DNA from: Takakia lepidozioides
Lineage: Eukaryota; Plantae; Bryophyta
NCBI GenBank assembly: GCA_030704615.1
Contig: CM060732.1
Span: 33,480,001-33,544,000, forward strand
DNA: 64,000 nucleotides
Reading direction: 5' to 3'
Of this stretch, positions 48,541 through 61,577 are shown in pieces (the first letter of the stretch is position 1; the number at the start of each line of letters is the position of its first letter). Below the pieces are notes generated by a model. It was not told the origin of the DNA, did no database searches, and was given only the letters and a program-made list of their open reading frames with translations. Made by a program: the position numbers and the translations under genes.

Positions 48541-50091
48541 GTAGGTTGGTATGAGGGATCTCAGAAAGACCCATTTCCTTTGCCATTCACAGAGGCTGTA
48601 CTAGATACCGTGGCAGCTGAAGAAAACCAAGGGAAAACTGCCTTTATTACTGATTGGGGAGCTTATGCTCACAAAGTCATGCACATTTTGGACTTTGTAA
48701 TGCACCAACTACATTCCAAAAAGTAATCAGTGAGTTATTCCATGAGTATTTGGATTACTTCATGCAGGTGTTCCTAGATGACTTCAGTCTGTATAACTCT
48801 AAGAATGAGCATTTGCAGAAGCTGGAGTTATGCTTAGCCAGGTGCAGAATGAGAGGCATGGGATTGAATCCAGAAAAATGTACTTTCTATGTGAACTCAT
48901 AAGTGCTTTTGGGACACATTGTGTGTCAGAAAGGACTGCTTGTGGACCCTAGGAAGACAGAGGCTATTAAAGCATCTCCACCACCTACTAATGTTAAAGC
49001 CCTGAGGAGATTCCTTGGACAAACCAGTTACTATAGAAGGTTTGTCCGACGATATGCACAGAAGGCTGCACCATTAAGTAAACTCTTGAAGAAAGATGCA
49101 GTGTGTGCATGGACAGCTGAATTCCAACGGACCTTTGAGGATCTTACATTGTCAGTAACAACTACACTTGTGCTGATTAACCTCCATTGGCATATGATAT
49201 TTCATGTGCATTATGATGCTTCTGGAGAAGCATTGGGAACTGTGTTAGCTCAAAACATTACAGAAAATATAGATTCACATGTTTATTATACTAGCAGATT
49301 ATTGAACAATGCTGAAAGAAATTATAGCACCACTGAAAGGGAAGCTTTGGCAATGATTATTTAGTCAAGAAGTTCAGGCATTATCTGTTGGGAAGGAAGT
49401 TTGTGTTCGATGTGGATCATCAGGCTTTGCTTTATTTGGTGAGTTCACAAGCCTTTGATAAGTGGAAGAATAGCAAGATGGCTAATAATACTGCATGAGT
49501 TTGAATTCGAAGTTGTTTACAAACCTGGTCGGTTGCATTTGGTGGCAGATCACTTATCATGTTTGGAAACAGGAGAACCCGCCATAGGTGTGGACGATCA
49601 ACTACCTGATGCTAATTTATTTGCAGTAGAGGTAGGGGCTGATGATTGGCTGGATTGGCAGTGGCCAATCAGATACTATTTGACTCATGGTCAATGTCCA
49701 CCTAGTTACGGAAAGAAGCAGAGAATGAGGATTTATAAGGTTTTGCCATACACTATGATATGAGGGAAACTTTACAAGTTAGGACCAGATGGTGTACTAA
49801 AGAGATGCTTGTACCATCATGAGGTCAGTAAAGTTTTAGAAGAGACTCATATATAGAGGAGTGGCTGGAGGACACTTTGGAGAAGAGACTACCAGTAGGA
49901 AGACTTTACTTGGAGGATACTGGTGGCCTACATTATTCAAAGATGTACACAACTTTTGCAAAAGCTGTGATGAATACCAAAAATTAGGACCATTGCAGAG
50001 ATCACGCAAGATGGCGTTACATCCTACAATGCCTACTGAACCAATCCAGAAATGGGGATTGGACTTTGTTGGGCTGGAATCAATCCACCAG

Positions 50092-51105
50092 CCCGGGGAA
50101 GTCACTCCCTATCACTTGTATAGGGCACGTGAGATAAATGGGTATGTTGTAGGGGGGTATTACTTTTACTTTGGGTATTTTTTAGTACCCTATAATTACA
50201 TAATTTTGTAGTATGGTGAATTTTTGGCATGCTATTTTAATTATAATTTTTTGTTTCAAACAAATATTAGACACCATATATTAATAAAAAAGAATTTTAT
50301 TTTTACAAGACAAATGAATTTATTATTTGGTTGAAATAAATTCATTTAAAGCATTCGCATCATCAGCATTCAAAGTATAAACATTTTGCGCTCTATCGAA
50401 AGTCATAGTGAATGAACTAATAATTGAGTCTACATCTACCCACTTGTTGTCGGTATGATCATATTTGAATTTAAATTGTCCTCTAGATTTTGAGAAGTAG
50501 TTTAATAACACCATAACTGGTATGGTTGATCTATTTAGGAGATCAATAGGCTGTCGTGATATCCCCCACATGCTCCCTGCGTTCCTTCTCATTTTTTGAA
50601 TCCTACCTAACCACCATTTCCCCCATCTACACCAGTAGCTATATTAGATGTTGGCACACCTTATTTTTGGAATTTTTCATAGGTATTATCTCAACCCAGT
50701 TTTTTTTTTAAATCATTATTTTAGATCTTATATCAATTTAAATTCCTTTATCACAATATAATGTACCATTTATTACTTTTAAATGTTACCAACAGTCAGT
50801 AGCTCAATTGGTTAGTGCACTGAGTGCCACCAAGATGATTCTGGGGTCAAATCCTGCTACTTGACGGGTGTGGTATACTCTTTGGGCGGTGTCCCATTTC
50901 TTAGCCTCCATGGCACGATTACTGTGAAAGAGGTTATTTTCTCCTCTCACTATCAAGGGCCTGATTTCTGAGCTGTCAGCTCCCAGGTGTTTCACTTTAA
51001 TTATTTAATATATATATTTTTTCTAATTTTTATCTTTTCTGAATAAATTGCACCCTATATTTTTTTGCACGTCGGTTGGAAATTTTTGGAAGTGACTTCC
51101 CCGGG
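50092..51105. mobile_element. Non-autonomous TIR DNA transposon (1014 bp, 8-bp TSD; superfamily uncertain, hAT-like TSD length)
   Basis: TIR CCCGGGGAAGTCACT / AGTGACTTCCCCGGG. TSD TCCACCAG at 50084-50091 and 51106-51113. Removal restores integrase INPPA. An internal ORF remnant lies at 50323-50620 (-). Confidence 0.92.
50794..50995 (+). mobile_element. tRNA-derived SINE-like sequence
   Basis: A-box TAGCTCAATTGG and B-box-like GGGTCAAATCC at tRNA spacing, followed by a non-tRNA body and an AT-rich tail. Confidence 0.55.
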
Positions 51106-51691
51106 TCCACCAGCAATGAATACACAGAACAAGTATATAATCATAGCAGCTGATTATACTACTAAGTGGGTTGAAGCTAAGGCTCTGAGAGATAACACAA
51201 CTAAATCTACAACAAAGTTTCTTTATGAGAACATCATCTCGAGATTTGGCTGCCCCTTAGAGTTTATCAGTGATCAAGGAAGTCACTTTATCAATGAAAC
51301 AATTGAGTTGTTGACCAAGGAATTCATGATTGTGCATAGGAAGAGCACGACCTATTACCCTAGGGGTAATGGACAAGCGGAGGCCACCAATAAGATATTG
51401 TGCACAATTAGTTGCAGCATCTCTGCTCTGCACGGGATCTTTTTCCGGCACCAGTTCGAGCATGTATCCCACCATTTGAGTAGCTAATTGCTCAAGGTCT
51501 CGACCATCTTCATGGGACCATTTTCGAGCGCGTGCAACGTAATTTTTTTTCCCTGCATGCTCTCAAAGTGCTTCTTCCGATTTGCATTGGGTCCGACTTC
51601 TATCATGCGTAGGACCTGAGCAGGAACCACACTGGGCACGACAATGGCTCTTGTAGCTCAGGCCAAGGAGCGCGACTACAGAGATCGTCAC

Positions 51692-54600
51692 CAGTGCGCT
51701 TGGCTCCGCCGTGGCCCGCAAGCGGGCTATCATGGCATTCTCTCAAGAGGCTATCTCTGATCCCTCCATTTGGCACGTAGAGACGTTTTTGCTTATACCG
51801 GAGCAGTCCATTTTGCAAGTGGAACTGCGATTTAACCCCCATCCTCAAGTCCTGCATCACGGACTTCGCCAGCTCATCCTTCCGGTAAGCCTTCCGGATC
51901 TTCCTTTGGAGCGTCGTCTCGCCCTTGTACACCAACAAGAGCTGCTGCTTTCTACTTAAAGCATCGGCCACCACGTTGTCTCGTCCCGGTTTGTACTGGA
52001 TATCCACGTCGAACACCGCCAAAGTATCTTGCCACCTAAGTTGTTTTGGGGACAGCTTGGGCTGCGTGGCAAAATACTTCACCGTGACATTGTCCGTGAA
52101 CACCTTCACTGGGTTGGAACCAACATAGTGGCGCCAAAGCTCAAGACAGTGCACCACCGCCTTCATCTCTTTTTCGTGCGTCGGCCACCGTCGCTCCACT
52201 TCATTCAGTTTCTTACTTTCGTAAGCCACTGGACGTCCATCTTGCATAAGTACACCCCCAATCGCGAAGTCCGATGCATCTGTATGAATCTCAAACGGAC
52301 GATCGAACTCCGGGATTTTCAAGACTGGAGCTTCCGTCATCCGCTGCTTCAATTCAGCAAAAGCTTGGCCACAAAATGTGTTCCATACCCAGACTTTGGA
52401 TTTACACAGAAGATCCGACAGCGGCCCCGCGATCTTGGCGAAATTTCTCACATACTTCCGGTAATAGGAGGCGAGTCCTAGGAAGGATCGCACTCCCGGG
52501 ACCGAAGTCGGAGGCTCCCAGTCCAAGATCGCCCTCACCTTTCTGTCATCCATTTTGATCCCATCCTGTGTAATCACATGCCCCAGGAACTCCACTTTTG
52601 TGACCCCGAATTCGCACTTTGAAGCTTTGGCATACAGCTTCCATTCCCGCAATTTTTGGAACACCCTTTTTAGGTGCTCCAGGTGCTCCTCCTTTGTTTT
52701 CGAGTACACCAAGATGTCGTCGATGTACACGATCACAAAGTCATCCAACCACTCCTGGAAAAGGCTGTTCATCAGCGTGCTAAATGTCGCTGGTGCATTG
52801 GTGAGCCCAAAATGCATCACCAAGAACTCATATGAACCATACATTGTCCTGCACGCGGTCTTCTCCTCATCTCCTTCCGCCACCCGAATTTGATGATAGC
52901 CGGAGCGCAAGTCGATCCGACTGAAATACTTCGTTCCTGCCAACCGATCGAAGAGGTCGTCGATCCTTGGCAAAGGGTACCGGTTTTTGATAGTCACCTT
53001 ATTCAGAGCCCTGTAATCGACACACATCCGCAGCGTCCCATCCTTCTTGTCTGCGAATAGCACCGGGGCTCCGTAAGGTGACTTACTCGGCCGGATGTAC
53101 CCCTTTGACATTAGATCCTTGAGCTGAGTCTTCAGCTCGACCAACTCTCTGTGGCTTAACCGGTAGGGCGCCTTGGCAGGCGGTTCCGATCCCGGTATCA
53201 CCTCAATCTTGTGGTCAACTCCTCTTCGCGGTGGCAAGCCGCTTGGTAAATCCTCCGGCATCACATCCTGGTATTTCTCCAAAATCCCCTTGATCCAATC
53301 TGGGTTCGGCTCCCCATCGCCTTCTCCCTTCACTTCTCTAATGTAAAGCAAAAACTGGGGTTCGTGTGCCTCCTCCACGGCCCACTCCCTTGCTGACAGA
53401 AGGCTTATTCGCCCTCCCACGGATTTGGGCGTTTCCGACACTCGTAAGACCTCGCCACCATTCCCACATGGCAGCGTGACTACTCTCTTGCGGCCATCTA
53501 TGACCGCTCCGGATTTACTCAGAAAGGTCATCCCCATCTACTCCATCGATCTCGCAGATGGTGAAGTTCTCACGTCCCTCCCAACTCCCCAGTTGAAGAG
53601 GAACATTAAACGCCAACCTTGTCGCCAACTATGGTTCTCCTTTGGCAGAACGCACCTCAATAGAGGCCCCCACGTCACTTGTCAGGAGTCCCAGCTTTTG
53701 TGCCGCCACCGGTGTCATGAAGGAGTGCGACGCTCCTGTGTCCACCAACAATGACACATTAGTTCCGGATATTATCCCATCCACGAACAATAACTGACTC
53801 CCTTTTTGTAAGGCGCCAGTTTCCTGATACAACTCACAAGAAAATTTGCCTACCTTGCAAGTCCTGGCGACCACCGCTTCCACCAAGCGACTGATGGTAT
53901 CTTCCGACAGCTCCGTGGTCGCCCGAGTCATGTTCAATTGCCGGGGCTTCGTGCACTTCTTGGCCATGTGCCCGGGCTCCCCGCAATTGAAACACACTCC
54001 ATCAAAGGTCGCCTTCTGTCCGCCATAAGCCGCCCCACCCGCTTTTCCATTCGGAGCACCGGGTGCCGCCTTGACGTGTGAAGGCCCTCCCTTTGATTTC
54101 CACGTGCCATTTTTGCCGCGTGGCCTATCCCACTTCTTTTCCGGTCGGAAGGAGTCACCTTCCCGCCGAATCTTCTTATGGTTCAGCTCCGTACGGCCTT
54201 GTCTTTCACCCCTAGGGACATCCGAGAAACATTCAGCCCTCTCAATTGCCTCGTTCAAAGTCTTGGGTGGCTTCTCCTCCAACTTCCGCCTGGCCCACGG
54301 GGCCAGTCCCGCCACAAAGTTAAAGACCATTTCTGGTTCTGCCATGTCCGCGACTTCGAGCAACAGCACATTGAAAGCTTGGACATACCCCCGAATGTCA
54401 TCCGTTTGCTTCAAATTCCTCATCTTGTCCCGGGCGAGCCAGGACGCGTTGAGGGGCACAAACTGTCTCTTCATCAATTCCTTGAACCCACTCCAGTTCA
54501 AGGTTTCCGGGCTTGGACCTTGGTCGTGAAGGCGTTTCTGCCACCATTGTTGAGCATAGCCCCTCAAATAGGTGGGAGCCACTTCCACCCGATCCTCGTC

Positions 54601-55795
54601 ACTCAACTTGGCCGCCCGGAAGTACTGCTCTAGCTCCAAGAGCCAGGTGTTGAGTGCCTTCCGATTTCGGACGCCCTCGAAGGTGCCGGGTTCCTTAGGC
54701 TTCACCTTAAACTTTGCCTTAGTGGAAGTGGCATTAGCCGCCTTCAACACGTCTTTCAACGTCCCGCCGAACTGCGCCAACAACCCTTCCCAAAAGGCTG
54801 CCGGCATGGGAGGCATCTCTTGGTTTGTCGGAGCTCTCAAGGATTCCTCGGGCTCCGACTCCTCGGATTCCTCCCGCTCTTGAGCGGCCTCGTTTTCGGA
54901 AACATTCATCGCTTCCTCAAACGGCCGCCTCGGTGACACGTCGCCCCCATCGGGCTCACCAGGATCATCATCTTTTGGGCCGTTCCGCTTTCGCTTTGGC
55001 TTGCCCGACCCCATGATGAGGCCAATCCCAAGGACGATCGCGTACTGAACTCTAAGCTCTGATACCAAGTGTCGCGCACCTCACTTCGGTAAGCTCCCCT
55101 TCAAGTCATAGTTACTCGCTTTGATGCGCGTGCCTGACTCCCAACCTGGCCGCCCGGGCCAACTTGGAGCTTCGGCTGCTCACCGGGACATAACGGTCCC
55201 CCTTTGCTTCCCTCTAAACCCTCCACCTATTTGGGACTAGGAGAATTCCCTTTGGTAGATGGCAGTCCGGAACAGCTCCCCTCTCTTTGGTCGCTTTCCG
55301 GCTCGTTCGCTTACTCACTAGTTTTTGGTCACCAACGGGCTTGCACCGTTCTTGGGGTTACTACTCCCTATATATACTTCTGTAGCTGTCCGCGGGGGTT
55401 TCATAACCAGCCATGCCATTTTACGGCGAACCACCACGAAAACCCTCGACTCCCGGTGATGAGTCGCGGTGAGTCTTGGCCCACTCATCACGGCCCCTAT
55501 GGACCGTGATGAGTCCCAAGACTCCCCACGACTCCCACCACGAGGTCTCCGCCCCCATGGTGAGTCCTATGCCACCCCCACTAAGTCCCGCTAAGCTACC
55601 ACCACCCCTTGTGGAGCTACCCCCACCGCAACCCGGTGTGCGGGGCTCCACCTAGTGAGCGCCTCCGCCTCCTTGAGTGCCTTGGGCACTCAAGGGTGCT
55701 TCAGCCCCCCATACCTAACGCTGCCGATGCCCCCACTACAGGGGCAGCCCCTCATGTGTCCCGATCCCCTGCCCTCAAAGCAAAGGGTCGCGACA
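51692..55795 (-). mobile_element. Second copy of the chromovirus, 3'-truncated within the integrase zinc finger
   Basis: 5' LTR 55070-55795, PBS 55056-55067, gag/PR ORF 53629-55068 and RT/RH ORF ending at GHGGAKRT. Highly similar to 31543-38497. It has a CAG>TAG stop and a small deletion in the protease region. Confidence 0.96.
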
Positions 55796-58558
55796 ATACA
55801 CCCTTTCTCCAATGTGTTGCAGCCTCTGTGGCATACTTCTTCAAGATTTCTTCTAATCTTTTCTCATAGTTATCCCTCTTCAACTTCTCCTTTCTCTTAC
55901 TCTTCCTTTTTAGTTCTTGCTCTTCTTCTTCATCTGACTCATCTTCAGAGTCCTCATCATCTTTTCTCTCCTGAGCATTCCCAATTGCTCAATTCTGTTC
56001 GTTGTTTCAAATGCCTCCTCCACTGTATTATGGGGTAACATATCCACTTTCTTTTGCAACTCTGGTCTTAGTCCACTCACAAACCAAGTCTTCTGTAAAC
56101 CTGGTGCTGGTACTGCAGCCAGCTTTTTCATCATCAATTCTATCTTTTCCATATACTCCTCAACAGTTTCATGCTTCTTTTGCTTTAACTGTTGTAAACT
56201 TCCATACACTTCATCCTCAGTTTTACTTGTCCTGAACCTATTTCGGAATGCTGTATTCAAGCCATTCCAGGTTAGGAAATGATTATCAAGGAATCTTGCA
56301 TACCATTCACTTGATTTCTTGATAAGTGAACAAGGAAGCAATCTCATCTTGGCATCATCGCCATTCTCATTGTTCACTATACATATGTGCTCAAATTGAC
56401 TAATGTGTACATCGGGATCTTTTTTTCCTGAATATATCGGAAAAGGTGGTTTTGCCCGTGTTGGTTGTAACGCCATCTGTGGCCCTACCTTCTGCCCACT
56501 GACAGGTGCTGGCACCCTCGCTGGTGCTGGTCCTTCAGGACCTGTTGTAGTTGTGGTGGATCTTTCACCAAGTGGTGGCCCCTGAGCACTCCCTGCTACT
56601 GGCCCCACGATATTCACAGTATTCCCAGCCCCAGTTGCACTACTTCCCACACTCCCTGTCCCCCCAGAGCCAGATCCAGGCAGCCCGCCTGATCCCCCTA
56701 AGCCGACACCTTCGTTGGCCTGTGATCCAAGTGCTCCACTTGATCCAGGTCCAACGGGTTGGGATGTCCTGGTTGTAGTCTCAACCTCAGCTGTTGGGTC
56801 TACTTCTTCATACTCTTCCTCTTCCAATTTCTTTTCTCTATTTTCATCCTCCAAGTTCTGCCCTCGGGTTTCTTCTTCACTCATGTAACTCAACTGCAAT
56901 GGTGTTGGAGAGTCTGAACTCTCCGTTGGCTCTGCCACATCCTCTCCTTCTTCTTCACCTTCCGCTTCAGAAACTGGAGTTCCTGCTTTTGGTGTTCCAT
57001 GCCAACTCTTATCAAAGATTTCTGTCAAATCTTTTATCCAGGGATGTACCTCAGATCTTTCACCTCGTGATTGATCTTCTTCCCGTAGCAATTCCCTTAA
57101 TCTTTCTTGCAAAGAAAAAGAAGGAGTGGCATCCAACTCTAGTTCTTCCGGTATGGGTGATGTACTCTCTGATCTTAATGATGTGAGAGGTCCAGATGAT
57201 TCCCCTATGTCTATTCATCTTTCCCAAAGATATGGATAATTAGCTTTCAGATAGCTTTCTCTTTTTGCTGAATATCTCTGGAGTCTAGCTTCTCTTTCAT
57301 CACTCATGTCCCATGTCTTTCATTTCTTTTAATGTGGCAATAACCAAAACTCTCTTCTGTAATATCTCTCATATATGCCTGGGTTTCTTTCAAGCTTCAA
57401 TGCACCCTTGGCTATACTAGAAGTCTCTGTTACCATATAACCATATGGCAAACAAGTCTGGAAAGCTGTTTTTGGTGTGAGTTTGATCCACAAAATATCC
57501 TTTGGAATCCAATTCTTTACCAGTACAAGCTCTTCATGCATATGAGTATAAACATTCACCTTTCTTTCTTCCCAGCCTTCAAACTCTACTTGCTTAATGG
57601 ATAGCAATGCTATCACATAAACCAGTGTTGGTAACCAACGTGCTCTTCCTCTACAGGCCACCTGATAAATCTTTATCACTCATTTCTCCAGACCCCACTC
57701 AGGATCAACATCATGCACTCTCTTAAGCATGTTTTCTTTACAACCGTCTGGCAATTCCAAGAACCTCTGAAAGAATCGTTTGGACAATCTTTCCTTCTCA
57801 GTTTCACAAGGAATTTGATTCACATCAAATTCTTTAATTCTCCAACCACCATGATCCCACCAGATGCCTGTCACATCTGGTTGTTCATGACCCAGTTCCC
57901 CAGTATGGTCGCCAAATGTCGCGCGGCTTTTACTCACCCATCCCTTCGCTATCCGAGGCGGGAACTTTAAGATAGAAGAGTTGGAAATCTCTAAGCACTC
58001 AGCCCGCTCAGAACAATCAGTCATGACCTACAGCTAGTGTATAATGGGGGTGTTTCCTATTTGTTTTCCTTCCCGCATTCATGTTAGCTAGTTACCTTAT
58101 TGTTGGTATTTAATTATCAGTTTGCTGCAGCAATCTATCGGATTCCATCAACTCATCCATTCATTCCACAGCTTCACTCATATCTCTCTACACAGTGTGA
58201 GTATGAAGTATGTATCAGATTAATATCTATCAAGTATCAGGCCGAAGCCATGGAGTCTCTAATCTGCTCTACATTACATTGCATTCATCAAGCATCAACA
58301 TATCGTTCTCCTCCTACTCCGTGCTCTCCCTCTTTCTGCTCAGAGATGCGCTCTCTGCCTCATTTTTCCCCTAGTGATGTCCGAAGTCCCCCCAAGAAAT
58401 GATCTTTTTCCAGTCCTTGCTCCTTGCTTTATCTTCCTACCCGTTGTTCTAACCGTTTCTCTCACTAACCGTCATCCGTGAACTAACATGTTCCATTCGC
58501 AAATGTTGTTCCCCACAGTCGTTCCCTGTCTTGCTATCCGTTCCCTATGGTCGTGACA
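55796..58558 (-). mobile_element. 5' part of a non-chromovirus gypsy element: LTR, Arg-like PBS, extra 5' ORF, gag
   Basis: LTR TGTCACG (58558)...CGCGACA (57917), then TGGCGACCATACTGGG. The gag ORF 55910-57136 has FPIYSGKKDPDVHI...TWNGLNTAFRNRF...LKQKKHETVEEY. Confidence 0.8.
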
Positions 58559-58802
58559 ACTGTGTCAAGCTGTGACTGGCTGTGCGACTGTGTTGGGCTG
58601 TGTCGAGCTGTGACTGGCTGTGACGGCTGTGTCTGGCTGTGTCGGCTGTGTCAGACTGTGACGGGCTGTGTAAACCCCCCCCCCCCCCCCTAAAGTGCGC
58701 TGCTGTCACCCCTAAGGCTCCTGTTGGTCTTAGTCTGTGCAAAAATTAAGGGTACCCCACAGATCCCGTAAAAGTGCCTAAGTCCCAGACAGTCCTCTAA
58801 CA
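58559..58802 (-). mobile_element. Start of another LTR (TGTTAG...) with CACAGCC/TCACAG micro-repeats, inserted in a gypsy RT
   Basis: ...CTCTAACA abuts the RT sequence VAGHEMYSF at 58803. The micro-repeats resemble those at 61285-61420. Confidence 0.55.
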
Positions 58803-61577
58803 TGTGGCAGGCCATGAGATGTACTCATTCATGGATGGCTTCAGTGGTTATAATCAAGTGCAAGTAGCAGAAGAAGACCAGGGAAAGACAGCCTTTATCA
58901 CAGACTGGGGTGCTTATGCATACAAAGTCATGCCCTTTGGACTTTGTAATGCACCAGCAACTTTTCAGAGAGTGATAAGTGAATCTTTTCATGAGTATCT
59001 GGATGAATTCATGCAGGTGTTTCTGGATGATTTCAGTGTGTACAGCTCTAAGAGTGAGCACTTGCAAATTGAAGTGGTGTTTGGCCAGATGTAGGATGAG
59101 GGGTCTGGGCCTGAATCCAGAGAAATGTACTTTTTGTGTGAACTCAGGGGTGCTCTTGGGACACATAGTGTGCAAGAAAGGACTTCTTGTGGATCCCAGA
59201 AAGACCGAGGCCATTAAAGCCTCTCCACCCCCAATAAATGCTAAGAGTCTAAGGAGATTCCTGGGACAAACCAGTTATTACAGAAGATTTGTCAGACGGT
59301 ATGCACAGATAGCAGCACCATTGAGCAAACTTCTGAAGAAAGATGCAGTGTTTGCATGGACAGCTGAATGTCAACAGGCTTTTGAGGAGCTGACATTGTT
59401 TATAACAACTACACCTGTACTGATTAATCCTCACTGGCAGGAAATATTTCATGTTCACTGTGATGGTCAGGAGAAGCATTGGAGCGGTGTTAGCCCAAAA
59501 TATTACAGGGAAGATAGATTCACCTGTGTACTATGCTAGCCGATTAATGAACAGTGCTGAAAGGAATTATAGCACAACGGAAAGAGAAGCATTGGCGATG
59601 ATCTATGCGGTGAAGAAATTCAGGCATTACCTGTTGGGCAAGAAGTTTATATTTTATGTGGATCACCAGGCTCTGATATACCTGGTGAATAAGCCTCTGG
59701 TAAGTGGAAGAATAGCAAGATGGTTGATAATCTTGCACGAGTTCGAGGTTGTTTACAAGCCTGTAAGGTTGCATCTTGTGGCAGACCGCTTGTCACGCCT
59801 ATCAACAGGAGAGCCAGCCATAGGAGTAGACGACCAATTACCAGATGCGAGTTTATTTGCAGTGGAGGTACAGGGAAGTGCAGATGACTGGTTAGATTGG
59901 CAATGGCCAATCAGATACTACCTTGCTCATGATCAGTGCCCACCATGTTATGGAAAGGAGCAGAGGAAGAGAATTGATATCAAGGCTTTACCTTATACAA
60001 TGATAGGGGGCAGAATGTATAAGCTAGGACCAGATGGAGTGCTGAAACGATGCTTATACCACCATGAAGTAAATAAAGTTTTGGAGGAAGTTCATAAAGG
60101 AGTGGCAGGAGGTCATTTTGGAGAAGAGACTACCAGTAGAAAGATACTACTTGCCGGGTACTGGTGGCCTACTCTGTTCAAGGATGTACACAAGTACTGT
60201 AAAACTTGTGATGAGTGTCAGAGGTTAGGACCATTGCAGAGATCTGGAAAGATGGCTTTGCATCCTACCATGCCTACTGAACCATTTCAGAAATGGGGAC
60301 TGGACTTTGTTGGACCAATAAACCCACCAGCCAAGAATACACAGAACAAGTATATAATCACAGCCACTGATTATACTACGAAGTGGGTGGAAGCTAAAGC
60401 TCTGAGAGACAACACAGCAAAGTCCACAGCGAGGTTCTTGTATGAGAACATACTTACACGATTTGGCTGTCCCCTGGAATTTATCAGTGACCAGGGAAGT
60501 CACTTCATCAATGAGACCATAGAACTCTTGACTAAGGAGTTCATGATTGTGCATAGAAAGAGTACAACCTATTACCCACAGGGTAATGGTCAGCAGAGGC
60601 TACCAACAAAATACTATGTACCATCTTGGCTAAGATAGTCAATGCGAACAGAACAGATTGGGATACAAAGTTGCTGATGGCTTTGTGGTCATACATGACT
60701 TCATATAAAGTCACCACTAAGTATACACCATTCTAATTAGTTTATGGTATGGAAGCTTTACTTCCAGTGGAGTTTTTGTTACCTACCATGAGAACTGAAT
60801 GGGGAGGAGAATGGAATTGGAAGATTCAGTTAAGGTCAAGGAACATGAATTATACCATGTGGAAGAAGTACGTGCGGATGCAGCTAACAACATGGCCAGA
60901 ATACAGATGAAAATGAAGGATCAGTTTGATGAAGGGAAGTTAAAGACCTTAAAGACGGGGGATTTGGTTTTGTGGTTGCAAAAGAAGGGAAAGATTAAAG
61001 CTTCTAAGCTGAAATTGCCATGGAAGGGACCTTATGTCATACAAAAGATGTATGATAACAACACGGCCATGTTACAAACCATTAACAAAGAGATGCTGGG
61101 AAGGGTTAATGCTAATAAGTTGAAGGGATACAGTGGTATCCATGACAAACCATTGAGGCACGATTTGCATATAGAAACACAGGAACAGTCGCGGGCTGCT
61201 CCAGTAATACCAACGGAACATGGTGTATATGTCGTAAAACCAATTGTGTATGGTCTGGGCAATGAACACATATGTTTGAGTTCCTATCACGGTTCATCAC
61301 AGGGTAACACAGCCTATCACAGTCCATCACAGGGTAACACAGCCTATCACAGCCGAGCACAGTGTCACACAATCGCGTATAGTCTATCACAGTGCAGCAC
61401 AACCTGTCACAGTCCAACACAGCACACCAAGGATACACAACCCATAGGATCAGTGACAGGTGGAAGCAGGTTGACGTCCGGAAAATGGCCGGCGGAAGAG
61501 AAGACGGAAGCCAGTTTAAAAATTGACACGTGGAAGTCAGGGCGTGACACACAGCCGGGCATGACATACAAAGATAG
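58803..61577 (+). pseudogene. Non-chromovirus Ty3/gypsy pol (RT, RNase H, integrase with GPY), frameshifted
   Basis: MDGFSGYNQ, MPFGLCNAPATFQR, FLDDF, YVDHQAL, GGHFG...CDEC, WGLDFVGP, WKGPY. Confidence 0.95.

Larger units (their letters stand above)
48560..51408 (+). pseudogene. Non-chromovirus Ty3/gypsy pol fragment (RT, RNase H, integrase), degenerate
   Basis: KDPFPLPF, TAFITDWG, FLDDF, AERNYSTTEREALA, GGHFG, KWGLDFVG, SDQGSHF. Same family as 58803-61577; contains stops and a deletion in RT. Confidence 0.93.

Noticed and set aside
50794-50870. Functional tRNA gene
   Set aside because: The B-box is degenerate, I could not form a convincing cloverleaf, and it continues into a non-tRNA body; treated as SINE-like.
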